A DNA stretch of 64,000 bases from Monocercomonoides exilis PA203. Taxonomy: Eukaryota > Protista > Preaxostyla. Shown one piece after another: positions 38,415 to 51,038 of the stretch. Position 1 is the stretch's first letter. Each line of letters begins with the position of its first letter. The position numbers and the translations under genes are program-made. The stretch is taken from the NCBI GenBank assembly GCA_001643675.2, contig LSRY02000003.1:2108001-2172000 (forward strand), in the 5' to 3' direction. The notes beneath the pieces were generated by a model, which was given only the letters and a program-made list of their open reading frames with translations, did not search any database and was not told the DNA's origin.

Positions 38415-39635
38415 CTATGTGGGAGTGAAAGTGGAGACGAGAAGAGAGAGGGAGGCATCGCTGAAGGGAGCAATGCACCCGAGAGCATACTCCACAGTGG
38501 CACATGGGCTTTGCTGTGTTTTGCCACAGGCATCGACATCAGTTCCACCATTTGCAACGATTTTGTTCTGGTTGATGATTGGAATCCAGCTGTTGAATTC
38601 AGCGTTTTCAGCTGTATTGTTATTCCACACTCTTTTAGTTGGGGTTGTTGAGCCACAATTCTCGAATGGGGATTGAGTGATGTTGCTTCCGTAAAAGAAC
38701 ACATCGTTTCCCCTTCCATTTATTGCTGTATTGCCATCGAAGAAGCAGAATGTGATGAATTTTACTCCATTCATCCACGTGAAAGTTGAATAGAAGAATA
38801 TGGCAGCACCTCCATAATTGGTAGAGGCAGTCAGATTGTTATTAATAAATTGGCAATCATTAACCAAAAATTGATTTGGTTTATTTTGTGGAGGCCAATT
38901 GAATGTGAGAGAACCTGTTGAATCACCACCAGTATTTGCGATACAGGAACAATTTTTGAACAAGAATTTTGCATCAAATGGCATATTATCGAGAGCAAAA
39001 TACCATCCAGTTCCAATATTGCCTTTTATTGAGCAACTTTCAACTCTGTTTTCTGAGAATGTCCAAACAGAATTTGACTGAGGACCAGCAATACAATTCG
39101 CTCCTCCACGGTCAGCAAAGCAACTTGTGAAATTGGATTTTGTGATATCAATTTTTAACAAATTTCCACAATATAACGCTCCACCAGCAGCATTACTTGA
39201 AGAACAATTGTGAAATGAACAAGATGTAATTGTGAGGTTGGCATTTGTGCAATAAACATCAAGAGCACCACCATTATTATTTCCTCCGCTGATTGAATTA
39301 TTCCACTCACACCATTCAAAAAGATAGCTATTCAATTCAGGAAAAGCCAATCTTCCAGGTTTCAATTTATGAGTTTCAGTTCCAATATGCTCAACAGGTT
39401 CATTTGGTGAAGAGCGTATTTGGTGGAGAAAGGAAGTGTTGAAGGCAGAGAGAGAAGTGGATGGGTTGTTGAGGTTGGGAAGGATGGAACCATCGATGGG
39501 GTTGTGAGAGCATTGGGAGAGTGAGAGTGAACGTTGCAAAAAGGATGGAGAAAAGAATAAAGAGGAAGAAGAAAAGGAATGCAAGATAATAATCTTCCGC
39601 GCTTCGTAAAGTGCACTTTTGCAGCTATTTGTATA
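38415..39635 (-). pseudogene. Cassette F: ATG-less mosaic Pmp-like beta-helix fragment, stop just before the common 3' junction
   Basis: Open frame to TFTPT*; blocks shared with D, with B/C and with A/E. Confidence 0.8.
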
Positions 39636-42600
39636 TTAGACAATGAAATTTTTCAGAGCTTTTCAATTTCCCTTTGTGGAGTTATTTCATTAAAAAAACC
39701 AGTCAAAAGCTTCAATGATGGATATTTTTCAGAGATTTATTTTCATCACATGTTTATCAGGACAAATTTCAGTCTGAATTTGAAAAAAGCCCACCATTTT
39801 TGAATAAAATGTGTTTTTTTGAATTCAAGAGTTTTGTCAAAAATAATCATCATCTCAAACTGCTTCTCAGTTTTCAAATCAGTCATTTGAGTTCTTTGCA
39901 ACAAAAAAAGAAAAGTCTGTTGGAAATTTAAAACTGAAAATAACACAAACACTTGTTTTTTTTCAGAAAATGGAGAATATTTCAAAATCATATTTTTTAT
40001 CCTTCTTGTGTTCCCATGTCAAAAACATTCAAAGAAAGAAAATCTTCATTTCAAGAATGAAATTGTTTTTCGCAAGTATCTTGAAAATAAAAATCGTCAT
40101 TTTGTTTCAAATATGATGTAAATCTTTATGAACGAAACATATTTATATTTATAATTACAGTTTCTATCCAAAAAAATCAAAACCTTTCTATTTAAGAACC
40201 CACAACTATAAGATTGAAAATCATCTATCAAAAAAGTTACAAATAATGATTTTGAAGTTATTTTGAAGATATTTCTAATAAATGAAAGTGAATTGATTGT
40301 TCGTATGTCACCTATTTTTTTATTTAATTACTGGTTCTCTCTCTTTTTTCCTGTTTTTCAATTGTCTCATTTCTTTCACCAATCAATATTCAATTAACAA
40401 AATAATCATTTCTTTATTGAAAATTCGAAACATTTCATGATTATGGAATAAAGAAAATTTCAAGTTGTAATTGAACCTACTGCTAATCATCCCAAAAAAA
40501 ACATTGTTTTTTTGATCGAATTTCAAAATAAATCAATTTTTTGAAGGTTTTTCAAATTTCAGGAATCTTCGCACTGATATCAAATCTAAAAATGATGCAT
40601 CATTCTTTTGAATGACATTATGGAAAATGCTTTTCATTCATTTTCATGAACAGAATTAAAAATGAAAAAAGTTCACAATTTTTTCAAATAAAATATTTTT
40701 GTTGTTTCTTTTGTGAAAATCCGAAAAACATCATTTTATGATTAAATTTGTTTTTCTTTTGTTTTTGGAAAAAATACTCTTTTTTCAAATATCAAAATAA
40801 TTGGATTTCATTACAATAAATAATCCTTTTGAAAATATTGCAAAACTTTGTGTTCTAATGAGACTTGTTCAATGAGTTATTGAAGTGCAAAACACAAGCA
40901 TTTCCTTCCACAAATAAAAAGTTTTCTGTTGCAAAATTCAATTGATCTTTTTTGAAATGGAATAAATTTCTTTTCAATAATTTCTGTTTGACAATTCACT
41001 TTGAATATAGATAAATGAACGTTGAAAAGTGACAAAACCTATGAAAGCCATCTTTGTCTATCTTTTCCATCAAATATGAGCTTTTGACTCTTATGGAAAG
41101 GTTTTCACATTTCAATGATTCATTGATTCTTTTTGACAATGAATTTTCTTAATAATCATCACCCCCGAAAAAAGTTTTGATTTTCAAAATAATTTTGAAC
41201 ATGAGTTATTCTTTTTGAAAAGATGCGAGTGTTTGTTTTTCAGATTCATTGAAATGAGAAATGTATTCTAATGTGTTCCAACAATCAATCGGTTGAATTT
41301 GACCAGAAAGAAAATTATTGGATGTCAGATTTTTTTAATTGTTCCAATTTATGTGAGTGTTATATTTGACAGACAAATTGCAAGAATTCATGAAAAAAAA
41401 CCAAATTTCAAACAGCACGATAATTCAACATTTATTACTGTTCAAAAAGAATAACACAACCTAATAATAATGAACTCATAATATTGTTTTGAAATAAAGC
41501 CGAATTCGTGTTTTCTTTTTTTTTTTTTTTTTTGAATTTTTTAATGTTTTACAACCTTTCGAATTCGAATGCAACTTTTTTGATTTTTAATTTGCACTTT
41601 TCAAATTCAAAATTGTAATCCCAGTTCATTGTCTTTCCAGATTTTCAAAAAATTACTATGCAGATTGCTGGAAGACATCGGACACAGAACAAAAATGTGA
41701 TTTAATCCAGGGGCAAAACACCATCTGATAATTCTTAAAAAGAAAACACTGTTATGATTTCAAAAAGAATCATCCACTGAAATGAAATGCAGTTGTCAGT
41801 TCCATTCCACAAGCATTTCGATTTGTCTTGGTTCATTTTCAAAAACATTATGCATTTGAAAAACGTTGTGTGTTGTCTGGACAGTAGTATTTGGGGCTGA
41901 CAAAGTTTTTTGAAGCTTTTTCAGTGCAGATGTTTAAGAAAAGCCCACATGCTCAACTTTCATCGAAAAAAATATATCAGAGAAAAAATTTATTGATGAA
42001 CAGAAAAAATTCTAAAAGATTAGAGATGAGATGGAAAATGTTGATTCTGATGAGAATAATTGTTTTGAAATATTTTTTTTCTCAGAGGAACCTTAATAAT
42101 AATTGTTATCAAAATGTTTTATTTTTGAAAGTTGACAGCTTTGGATACGATATCAAACGAAAAAGTTACTGAAATAATAATGAAAAAGAAAGTGAGTGGA
42201 CAATATTTTCCATTGATAGAAATATTGTTTTGGATGAAAAAAGCAAAACATATTGATTTATTTATTTATTTATTTTTGTATTGGTGATAATTTTTGTAAT
42301 CATAACTTTTTTTCGAGTGCTGTTTTTTCAAAGGTTGTTAGTCTTTGGAAAGGAATATTATTTTCAGATGCTAAATACAGTACAACTGTTTTAAAAACAA
42401 AAATTTTTGCACAAATAAAGATGATGATGCCTTTTATTAGTCTTTTCACTTTTCCATGTTCTTTTGCTAATATTTAAGGAAAATTTTCGTACCGAAATTT
42501 TTGAATGAAAAAATATGATTTCAAAAATAATCACACATATATATCTAACAAGAATGAAAGCATTAACAGTTTATTTCAATAACAATTTCCTTTATTTTTT

Positions 42601-43020
42601 TCTTTTCATATTTTAATTTATTTTTTTATTTATTTTTTTCTTTTTTTGAACTGATAGAAATCAATTAGAAAGAAAAAGTCATTTAAAGCTGTTGTTAAAA
42701 TTTCGCATGAAGATGTTTGTTTTCGTTTTCAAAATTCAAGAGTTTAATATACAGATTTTTTAAAAAAATTTGGTCTTTTTGTTTTCATCTTCATAAATGA
42801 AAATATAATCATGAAAATGAAGCAAAATAAATAATTTGAAACGAGAAATGAACAATAATTCAATTGAATTTTTGAGCTTCTATCACAGAAAACAAAATAG
42901 ATTTGTATGAAAATTGAATAAAAACACTTCAAATATTACTTTTATATCATTAACAATTACTTAGCTTCAAACATAAACAAACACAAAAGCTCTTTTAATA
43001 TGGCTTTTTTTCATTCATAA

Positions 43021-44400
43021 AACACCATCTTCTCCAACATCTCCTCTCCTCAATCCCATCCATCTCTTCCATCCCTTCCCTCCCACTCACTCAATCCATT
43101 CATCTCAACCACTTCTTCCACTTCCATCTCCATTTCCACCTCCACCAACATCAATACAATCCCCTCCTTCTCCCTTTATTCGTCCCTCTTCATCCACTCA
43201 ACCATCTTCATCCACACCCACAACCCCATCGATGGTGCCATTCTCCCTTCCCTCAACAACCCCTCCACTTCTCTCTCTGCCTTCAATGCATCTTTTCTTC
43301 ACCAAACACGTTCTTCATCAAATGCTGCTGTTGTATTTGAAGGAAATGAAACTCACAGAAAATCACCTGGAAGACTGGATTCCTTTGATGTGAACAGTCA
43401 TCGCTTTGAATGGTGCGAATGGAATGATTCTAATGGTGGATCAAGTGTTGGCGGTGCACTTTATGTTGCTTGCACGAATGCCAATCTCACAATCACTTCT
43501 TGCTCGTTCAACAATTGTTCAAATACAAATCATGGAGGAGCGTTATATTGTGATTATTTGTTAAAAGTTGATATCGCAAAATCCAATTTCACAAGCTGTT
43601 CAGCTGCATATGGTGGAGCAAATTGCATCAGGTATCCGCAAACAAATTCCGTTTGGACATTCTCAGAAAACACAGTGGAAAATTGTTCAATATCTGGCTG
43701 GTGTGGAACTGGCTGGTATTTTGGGGTTGGTGGAATGCCATCAAATGCTCAATTCCTGTTTTCCAAATGCAAGTGCATCTCAAATTCTGGCGGTGATTCT
43801 GCTGGCTCTCTCACATTCAATAATCCTCCAGGAAACAAACCAAGTCAATTTTCAATCAATGATTGCCAGTTTATAAACAACAAAGTCGAAAATCCAACCA
43901 CATATGGTGGAGCTGGGCTGTGCTGTACAAATACCTTCACTTGGATGAGTGGAGTAAAATTCATCACATTTTGTTTTTTCAATGGCAACACTGCCACAAA
44001 TGGCAGAGGAAACGATGTATTCTTCAGTGGAAGCAGTATCACTCAATCCCCATTTGAGAATTGTGGCTCAACAACTCCAACAAAAAGAGTGTATAATAAT
44101 GGACAAGCAGACAATGCAGTGTATAATGGCTGGCTTCCGATCATCAACCAGAATAAAATCGTTGCCAGCAATGGAACTGATGTCGATGTCTGTGGCAGAC
44201 CCCAACAGACCCCATGCGCCACCATCGAGTATGCCCTCACTGGCTTCATTTCCCTCCTCCAAGACGCCTCTCTCACCCTCCTCAGCTCAACATTTGTTCC
44301 TCTTCAAACACTCACTTTCAGCGCAGTTGACACAAAAATCACTGGAAATGATAAACTTTTTCTGATTTCATTTAAATTTCTTCCATTTTCCATTTCGTAG
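43021..44400 (+). pseudogene. Cassette G: ATG-less Pmp-like beta-helix fragment
   Basis: Frame open from 43021 (NTIFSNISSPQS, cf. NTLFSNISSPQS in H) to the KITGN junction. Confidence 0.8.
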
Positions 44401-47400
44401 AAAAATTCTATACCTATCATCTTCTTTTCAACAGGAGTACATATCATCGCTTATCTTTCATCGAGCCCCAAATTAACCCAGATGAAAACACTTCTTCTTC
44501 ATTTCTTCATTTATTTTCTCTTCTTAATCAAATGCGAATTACGTTCGTTGCTTTTAGGAATCATATGTTTTCCTTTGTTTAATATCCATTTCTTCAATTA
44601 TATCAACAAGCTTTTCAAAAATATCTGTTTCTCTTACAATTCTAATTCCAACTTCCTGAACCGATCAGTGCAAGAATCTTTTGCAACTTCCCTTCAAGCA
44701 TGGGTTTTCCAAAAAATCGCTTTTCATCATCGTTTCATTTTCCTCTCGTTCCGATGAACAAAAAGCATTGCGAAATCTGAAGAAGTCCATCCCCGCAATC
44801 ATTCGTTCCAAATATCCTTTTCTGCCCTGCTTTTTCTGTTTTCTGTGAATTCTTTCAGATTCAAAATAAATAATTCAGATTCTATTTCTATTTTTTATTG
44901 CGCACTTTGTGGTCGGCTTTTCTCGATAGGATTTAAAATCATTTCCGTTGCTGTGTTAGGTTGGTTGAAATTCTATGTCAGAATAAATATTTCTTTCGTC
45001 TTTCTGAGTAGGAATGAAAGACAAGGCTTTGCACTGAATTCGATGGGAGTTGAACGAACTGAAAAAAACAGTATCATTTTTGATGTTCATCGAAGAATGC
45101 ATTGAAGAAGAAAAGAAGGATCACAATTGTTGAAATGAAGATAGATGCCGTACAAATGTGTGCATGAATGAGGAAGAATGAAGTTGAAGTTGAAGAAGGG
45201 GACGAAAGAGACGAAGAAGAGGAAGCAATATGTGACTGAAGAAGATTTTGTGTGTTTTTGGCTATGCGATTCATAACAGGCGTGCTTGTCGCTGAATAAG
45301 CAAGTGAATTGTGAGAAGGCGAATTTTGTGTTTGCAAACCGAGAAATGAGGAAGATGGTTGATTGAATGAAGGAGGATTATCGGAAGACGACGACGAAGA
45401 AGAAGACGAAGAAGAAGATGCAGTTGAGAAATGCGAAAACAGTTGAACGACATTTATGATGTTGAGAATAATTTGTATGAAGTTGTTGATTGGCCAAAAC
45501 GGCTCGCTTGCTGTATAAATTTCAGATTGGTTAGAAAAATTCAATCACAAAATTTGTGACAAACAGATTGTGGAAATCAATCTTGCCGTATTTTTCCAAA
45601 GGCAATTGAATTTCATTTTGCGATTTCCTCTCCATTCCCCTTAGAAACAAAAAATGGAGATATTTCTCAATTTCCATTCCTTTCCATTCCCTTCTTCCAT
45701 TCAGCTCACAAAATCATCAAAAAATATCAATCACTTCCTTTTCTTCATCTTTCCCTGTCTCTTCCATAAAACATTCTCCTCTCATAAAAGTTACCCCCTT
45801 TTCATATGAACATTTCTCAATTTCCCTCTTCTTTCCAGCTTTTGCCCTCTTTTCTTTCTTTTCAAAATCCATTTCTCCAATCACCAATCAGTCCTCTTTC
45901 ATCATCTCCAACCACTTCTCTATATATTTACTACATCATCTTCTCCAAATCTCGCATGTTCCTTCCCCACCCCTTTGTCTCAGAATTTCTTTCATTCAAA
46001 AACCCCTCTTGAAATATTAACATTCAAAAATATACTCAACCCCTACTCCCTGCCACAAAAATTAAACTTCCATCTCTTCTCTGCCCCATATCCCTCATGT
46101 GCCTGGTGTTGATGAGATAGACATCAAATACTGTTTTGGGTGGTTGAGAATATTATTAAAGGAGAGGATCATGAGAAAAACAAAAAAAACACATCCTGAC
46201 AGCCACCACGATGTGTACGGGCTGAAAAGACCCACCAGTGAGATATATGAAATGTTATGTGGAGAAGGATGAAACGTTGCATTCAACCATTCTGAGACTG
46301 AAATGAAGAGATTGATTTTTTGAATGATGTTGGCTGTGGAAATGAGGCTGTTTGAAAAAAAACAGTCGAAGCGCAGTTTGGTCTTTATTTATTTTTCTTT
46401 ATATGAATATTAACCTATTGACTGTTTTTGTGTTTCTTTCAGGGCAGGAGATGGAAAAGAATGAAAATGAATGAAATGTTTATATTTCGTTGTGCAGGGT
46501 GACCACCGAGTTGGGAGAGCGAATTCATATGGAAAGTGCCCAGGATGAAGGGATTGGGAAGGAAATTGGAGATGATATTTTCAGACGAAAAACAATGATG
46601 TTTTTCAATGATGAAAATGGAATTTGAGCAGAATACATGAATTTCACATTTTTCAGAAGAGCTAGAAATCGATGCATTTGATGGAGAAACAACTGATGGA
46701 AAGGATGATTTGCGAATCAGATGATGGAACACTTGAAAACGGAAGGAATTATGAATTTTTATTGGAGGGAAACAGTTGCCAATAGGATAACATAGAGTTA
46801 TTGACTTTAAAATATGTTTAGAAGGTTTGTTGTTGTTATTTATTTGAAGTAATTATTATTATTATTTTTAAGAATGCTGAAAGGATGAGGGATTAGATCG
46901 CTTTGAAGAAGAAAAAGAAGAAAAGTTGGGAAGGAAGAATAAAGAAGGACAGATGAAATGCGAGATATTTCGAAGATGCTTGGCATTGGGCTTTGACAAA
47001 GAATTATGTTTGAGGAAAGATGATTTTTTGTGAAAGAAGGGAAGTGAAAGAAGAAGAGATGGGATGAAAAAGGGATCGCTCAATATTTCATATTTTTAGA
47101 TGGAAAGAGAGAAAGAATCAAATTGAAATTGTTACGAATTCAAAGGATATTATTTGCCAGAAGAAGACAAAATCCTGAAGAAGAGAATTTCAATGAATTT
47201 CTCCGTTGATATTTATTGGTTCTCATCTTCTCGATTTTCAACAATTAAACATTTCATGTCATTTATTCATTATCATCATCTTCTTCTTCTTCAAATATAT
47301 CATCGACATTTCACACAGCATCTCCTTCTTTATCATCATTCACATCATCTGATTGGATTTCTTCACATTTGATATCTGCATCAGAGATTAAGAGAGAAAT

Positions 47401-47679
47401 GAAAAGGAAACAGAGAAATTGTACAACCGAAGGAAAAAAATAAAAAATAAAAAATAGAAGAGGAAAGAGAAAGAAATTGTTAATCTCGGATTCATTCAAG
47501 ATGGAAATGAGATTGAGAGGGTTGAAGATATTTTTGGGTTTAAGAGAGAAGATGTTTCGAAGAGGAGATTCGAGTTGAATGTTGGATTTTGGAAGAAAAG
47601 AATTTGGATGAACGGAGGGTAATTTTGAGAAGTGATATAACAAACAAGGGTGAATGACAAGATTCAGGAAAAAAAACTA

Positions 47680-49662
47680 TCAAATTTGAGAGAAAAGAAA
47701 GAATGCAAGGAGAGGAGAAAATAGAGAAAGCAAAAATAAGAGACGAAAGTTAGAAAGACATTTCATTGGAGAATTTTGAAGGAAAAGCAAGAACCTGCCA
47801 ACATACTCAGCGTTTTCAACTGTTCCTGCATCCCATACTCTATTTGATTCTGTTGTTGAGCCACAATTTTCAAACGGAGATTGTGTGATGGCATTACCAC
47901 TGAAGAACACGTCATTTCCTCTTCCATTTGTGGCAGTGTTTCCATCGAAGAAACAGAATGTGATGAATTTTACTCCACTCATCCAAGTGAAGGTGTTTGT
48001 GCAACACAGCGCAGCTCCTCCGCGTGAAGATGATGCACTTGTCAATTTATTATTTATGAATTGGCAATCATTAACAAAAAATTGACTTGGTTTATTTTGT
48101 GGAGGATTATTGAATGTGAGAGAGCCAGTTGAATCGTTGCCAGAATTTGCGATGCACTTGCAGTTTGTGAACAAGAATTGAGCATTTGATGGCATTCCAC
48201 CAACCCCAAAATACCAGCCAGTTCCACACCAGCCAGATATTGAACAACTTTCCACTGTGTTTTCTGAGAATGAATAAACAGAATTTGATTGTGACCCACC
48301 AATACAATTTGCTCCTCCATGAGCAGCTGAACAATTTGTGAAATTGGATTTTGTGATATCAATTTTTAACAAATTTCCGCAGAACAATGCTCCAGCATGA
48401 TCACCGGTTGAACAGTTATTGAATGAACAAGAAGTGATTGTGAGATTTGCGTTTGTGCAAACAACATAAAGTGCACCTCCATAGTTATTTCCACCAGTTG
48501 AATCTTTCCATTCGCACCACTCGAAGCGATGGCTACTTGCATCGAATGAAGTCAATCTACCAGGTTTCGCTCTTTGAGATTCTGATCCAATATATTCAAC
48601 AGGAGCATTTGGTGAAGATCGAGTTTGATGAAGAAAAGAAGCATTGAAGGCAGAGAGAGAAGTGGATGGGCTGTTGAAGTTGGGGAGAATGGCACCATCG
48701 ATGGGGTTGTGGGTGTGGATGAAGATGGTTGAGTGGATGGAGAGAGATGAGTGAAGAGAGAATGAGGGAATTGAATTGGTGTTGGTGTTGGTGGAAGAGG
48801 AAGAAGAGGAAGAGGTGGTTGAGATGAATGAATTGAGTGAGTGTGAAGGAAGGAATGGAAGTGGTGGAGGGGATTGGGGAGAGGAGATGTTGGAGAAGAG
48901 GGTGTTTGAGAGATGGAGATTGAGATGGATTTGGAGGTGGGGATGGGATTGGTGATAGATATGGAAAGGGGAAGGGGAAGAGGAAATGGAAGGGGAAAGG
49001 GAAGGGGAAGGAGAAGAAAAAGAATATGATGAGGATGAGGATGAGGAAGATGAAGGAGAAGGGGAAAGGGATGGAGAAGGAGAAGGGGAAGGGGAAGAGA
49101 GGGAAGAAGGAGAAAAAAGGAAGGGCTGGATGAGGGGGATGAAGGAGGAGAAAGAGGAGTGGGAGACGGAGAAGGAGGCAGGAATTGGAGAGTGGGCATT
49201 ATGGAGGAGATTGTTTGGGGTGGAGAAGAGGGGGAAGGAGAAGATGGCAGGTTGGCGGGTGGTGAGGGAGAAGTTTGTGAGGGCGAGGGAGGCATGGGCA
49301 GAGAGGAAGAGGGGGCATTGGTGGTGGTGGTGGTGGTGGTTGTTGAGTGAAGGCGGGTGGATGGTGCAAGTGGAGGAGGAGATGGATGCAGCGGAGTGGT
49401 GTTGGGCAGTGAGGAGTGGACAGCCACTGAGAGGGATGAGGTTGAGATGGGTCACACACAAGGAGGTGTTGATGAGGGCGAGGCTTGTCTGAGCACCACA
49501 GATGTGATTTCCCGATGCATGTTCCACCTTGTCTGGGCGAGCGCCTCTGATGATGCTGTTTGCGATGTCTTCTCCATGAACGAGATTTATGGTGAGGAAT
49601 GCGACGAGTATTTGAGCTGATACTGTGATCCTAATCATTTTCAAACTGCAGTGCAATTTCAT
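47680..49662 (-). CDS. Copy H: the only member with the full N-terminus (predicted signal peptide, His- and Ser/Pro-rich linker, beta-helix domain); 3' truncated or spliced
   Basis: ATG at 49662 (or 49638): MKLHCSLKMIRITVSAQILVAFLTINLVHG-EDIA; family homology stops at ~47800 (RVWDAGTVENAEY). Confidence 0.75.
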   Translation of the reverse strand: MKLHCSLKMIRITVSAQILVAFLTINLVHGEDIANSIIRGARPDKVEHASGNHICGAQTSLALINTSLCVTHLNLIPLSGCPLLTAQHHSAASISSSTCTIHPPSLNNHHHHHHQCPLFLSAHASLALTNFSLTTRQPAIFSFPLFSTPNNLLHNAHSPIPASFSVSHSSFSSFIPLIQPFLFSPSSLSSPSPSPSPSLSPSPSSSSSSSSSYSFSSPSPSLSPSISSSPSPFHIYHQSHPHLQIHLNLHLSNTLFSNISSPQSPPPLPFLPSHSLNSFISTTSSSSSSSTNTNTNSIPSFSLHSSLSIHSTIFIHTHNPIDGAILPNFNSPSTSLSAFNASFLHQTRSSPNAPVEYIGSESQRAKPGRLTSFDASSHRFEWCEWKDSTGGNNYGGALYVVCTNANLTITSCSFNNCSTGDHAGALFCGNLLKIDITKSNFTNCSAAHGGANCIGGSQSNSVYSFSENTVESCSISGWCGTGWYFGVGGMPSNAQFLFTNCKCIANSGNDSTGSLTFNNPPQNKPSQFFVNDCQFINNKLTSASSSRGGAALCCTNTFTWMSGVKFITFCFFDGNTATNGRGNDVFFSGNAITQSPFENCGSTTESNRVWDAGTVENAEYVGRFLLFLQNSPMKCLSNFRLLFLLSLFSPLLAFFLFSQI

Positions 49663-50068
49663 ATCTCCTCGCAAATAACCATAATTCTTTATGGTTTTAT
49701 TTCTTTTGAAGCATTTTGAATGTTTTCAAGCAACAATTTAATTCACAATAATTTCAATAAGCAGAATTAGATGGATGATAAAATCATGATTTTTCATTTT
49801 AATTAAATAATTTTTTTGAGAAGTGAGGTGTTAATTCATTGTTCAAAAACAGCTTGAAAATCGATATTCTTCATTTTCGCATTTCAAACATTTTTGAAGT
49901 CGAAGAAGCAGTTATTTCAACAGAGTTAATTGGATCTGAAAAAGTCAGAAAGATAATGTTTCAGTTAAAAATGTCTGTAATATCATCTTAGACTATTTTA
50001 TTTGACATTTGCCACACAGCCATTATTGTGATCGTTACGAGATAAAACTTCACAGTGACAAACGAGTT

Positions 50069-50784
50069 TATCAATAAAAGTTGATAGAACGCAGTGAGAC
50101 AGGATTTGCTCCGAAATAATGAGTATTGGTCACGAATTATTGGCGGTTTAAGTGAGAACTTCGCCCTCCCAAATATGACGTGGAAAAAAGGGAGAGATGA
50201 AAATATTGACAATACCATGTTAAATAATAAAAAGAATATAATGAATTGTCCGAATCACTTCACCGCCAACTTCGCCTTATCGCTTTGGTCACGAAGACCA
50301 GAGGGCAGGGGACATAGCCCCTCGGAGCTGTCTCCTGCAGTCCGTGCAGGGATCTGGAGAGGCGAGTGTTCCAAAACGGAGCAGAAAGAAAAACCATACT
50401 CGCTTTCGCGAGGCGTGGAAAAGAAAACTGCGTGCCCTTTGCTCTGCCTCCCGCTCTTCTGCTGCAGTAACAGAGCAAGTTCGCTCGCCACACTCTGTAT
50501 GGACCAGTCTGACTCTTTTCTTTGCACTTTCTTACCATGAATAAAAGAAGTAAGGTTCTTCTTAACGGTCTCACTAGCTTTCCTGTTTGTAAATACAGGT
50601 TCTGGGTGCGCTTAATATCCCTGGACGGTTTCTCTTTTCCTATCTCCTCTGCTATCTCGCCACTTTTTCCTCGTCCTATACTTCACCATATGTTTCTCTC
50701 TCATCTCGCACCCAGCCGCTCTGAGTCTCTCCATCCGCGTTAGTATTATTTCGGAGCAAATCCTGTCTCACTGCGTTCTATCAA
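50069..50784. mobile_element. M: ~0.7 kb non-autonomous TIR element related to E1/E2, abutting E2
   Basis: Perfect 40-bp inverted repeats at 50081-50120 and 50745-50784; left end continues aataatgagtattggtcacgaattat.ggcggtttaag as in the E2 5' end. Confidence 0.85.
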
Positions 50785-51038
50785 TTCGCAATAGAGCGAA
50801 TATCCGAACGCAAGGAGCAGGTTTGCTCCTCAATAATGAGTTTTGAAATCCCTCATTCTCTTCTCTCCTCTGATCTTAAACCCTCATAACTAGCACCTTG
50901 TCGTGCGGCAAATGAACAGAGGGACTGCGGATGAAGGTGCGACCCCTGTCTCTGCTTCCTCCCTTTCTTGGGGTGTTTTCGGGGTTTCATTGATCGGTTA
51001 CCGGATGTTTCTGTGATATTAACCATTTATCCTGCACT

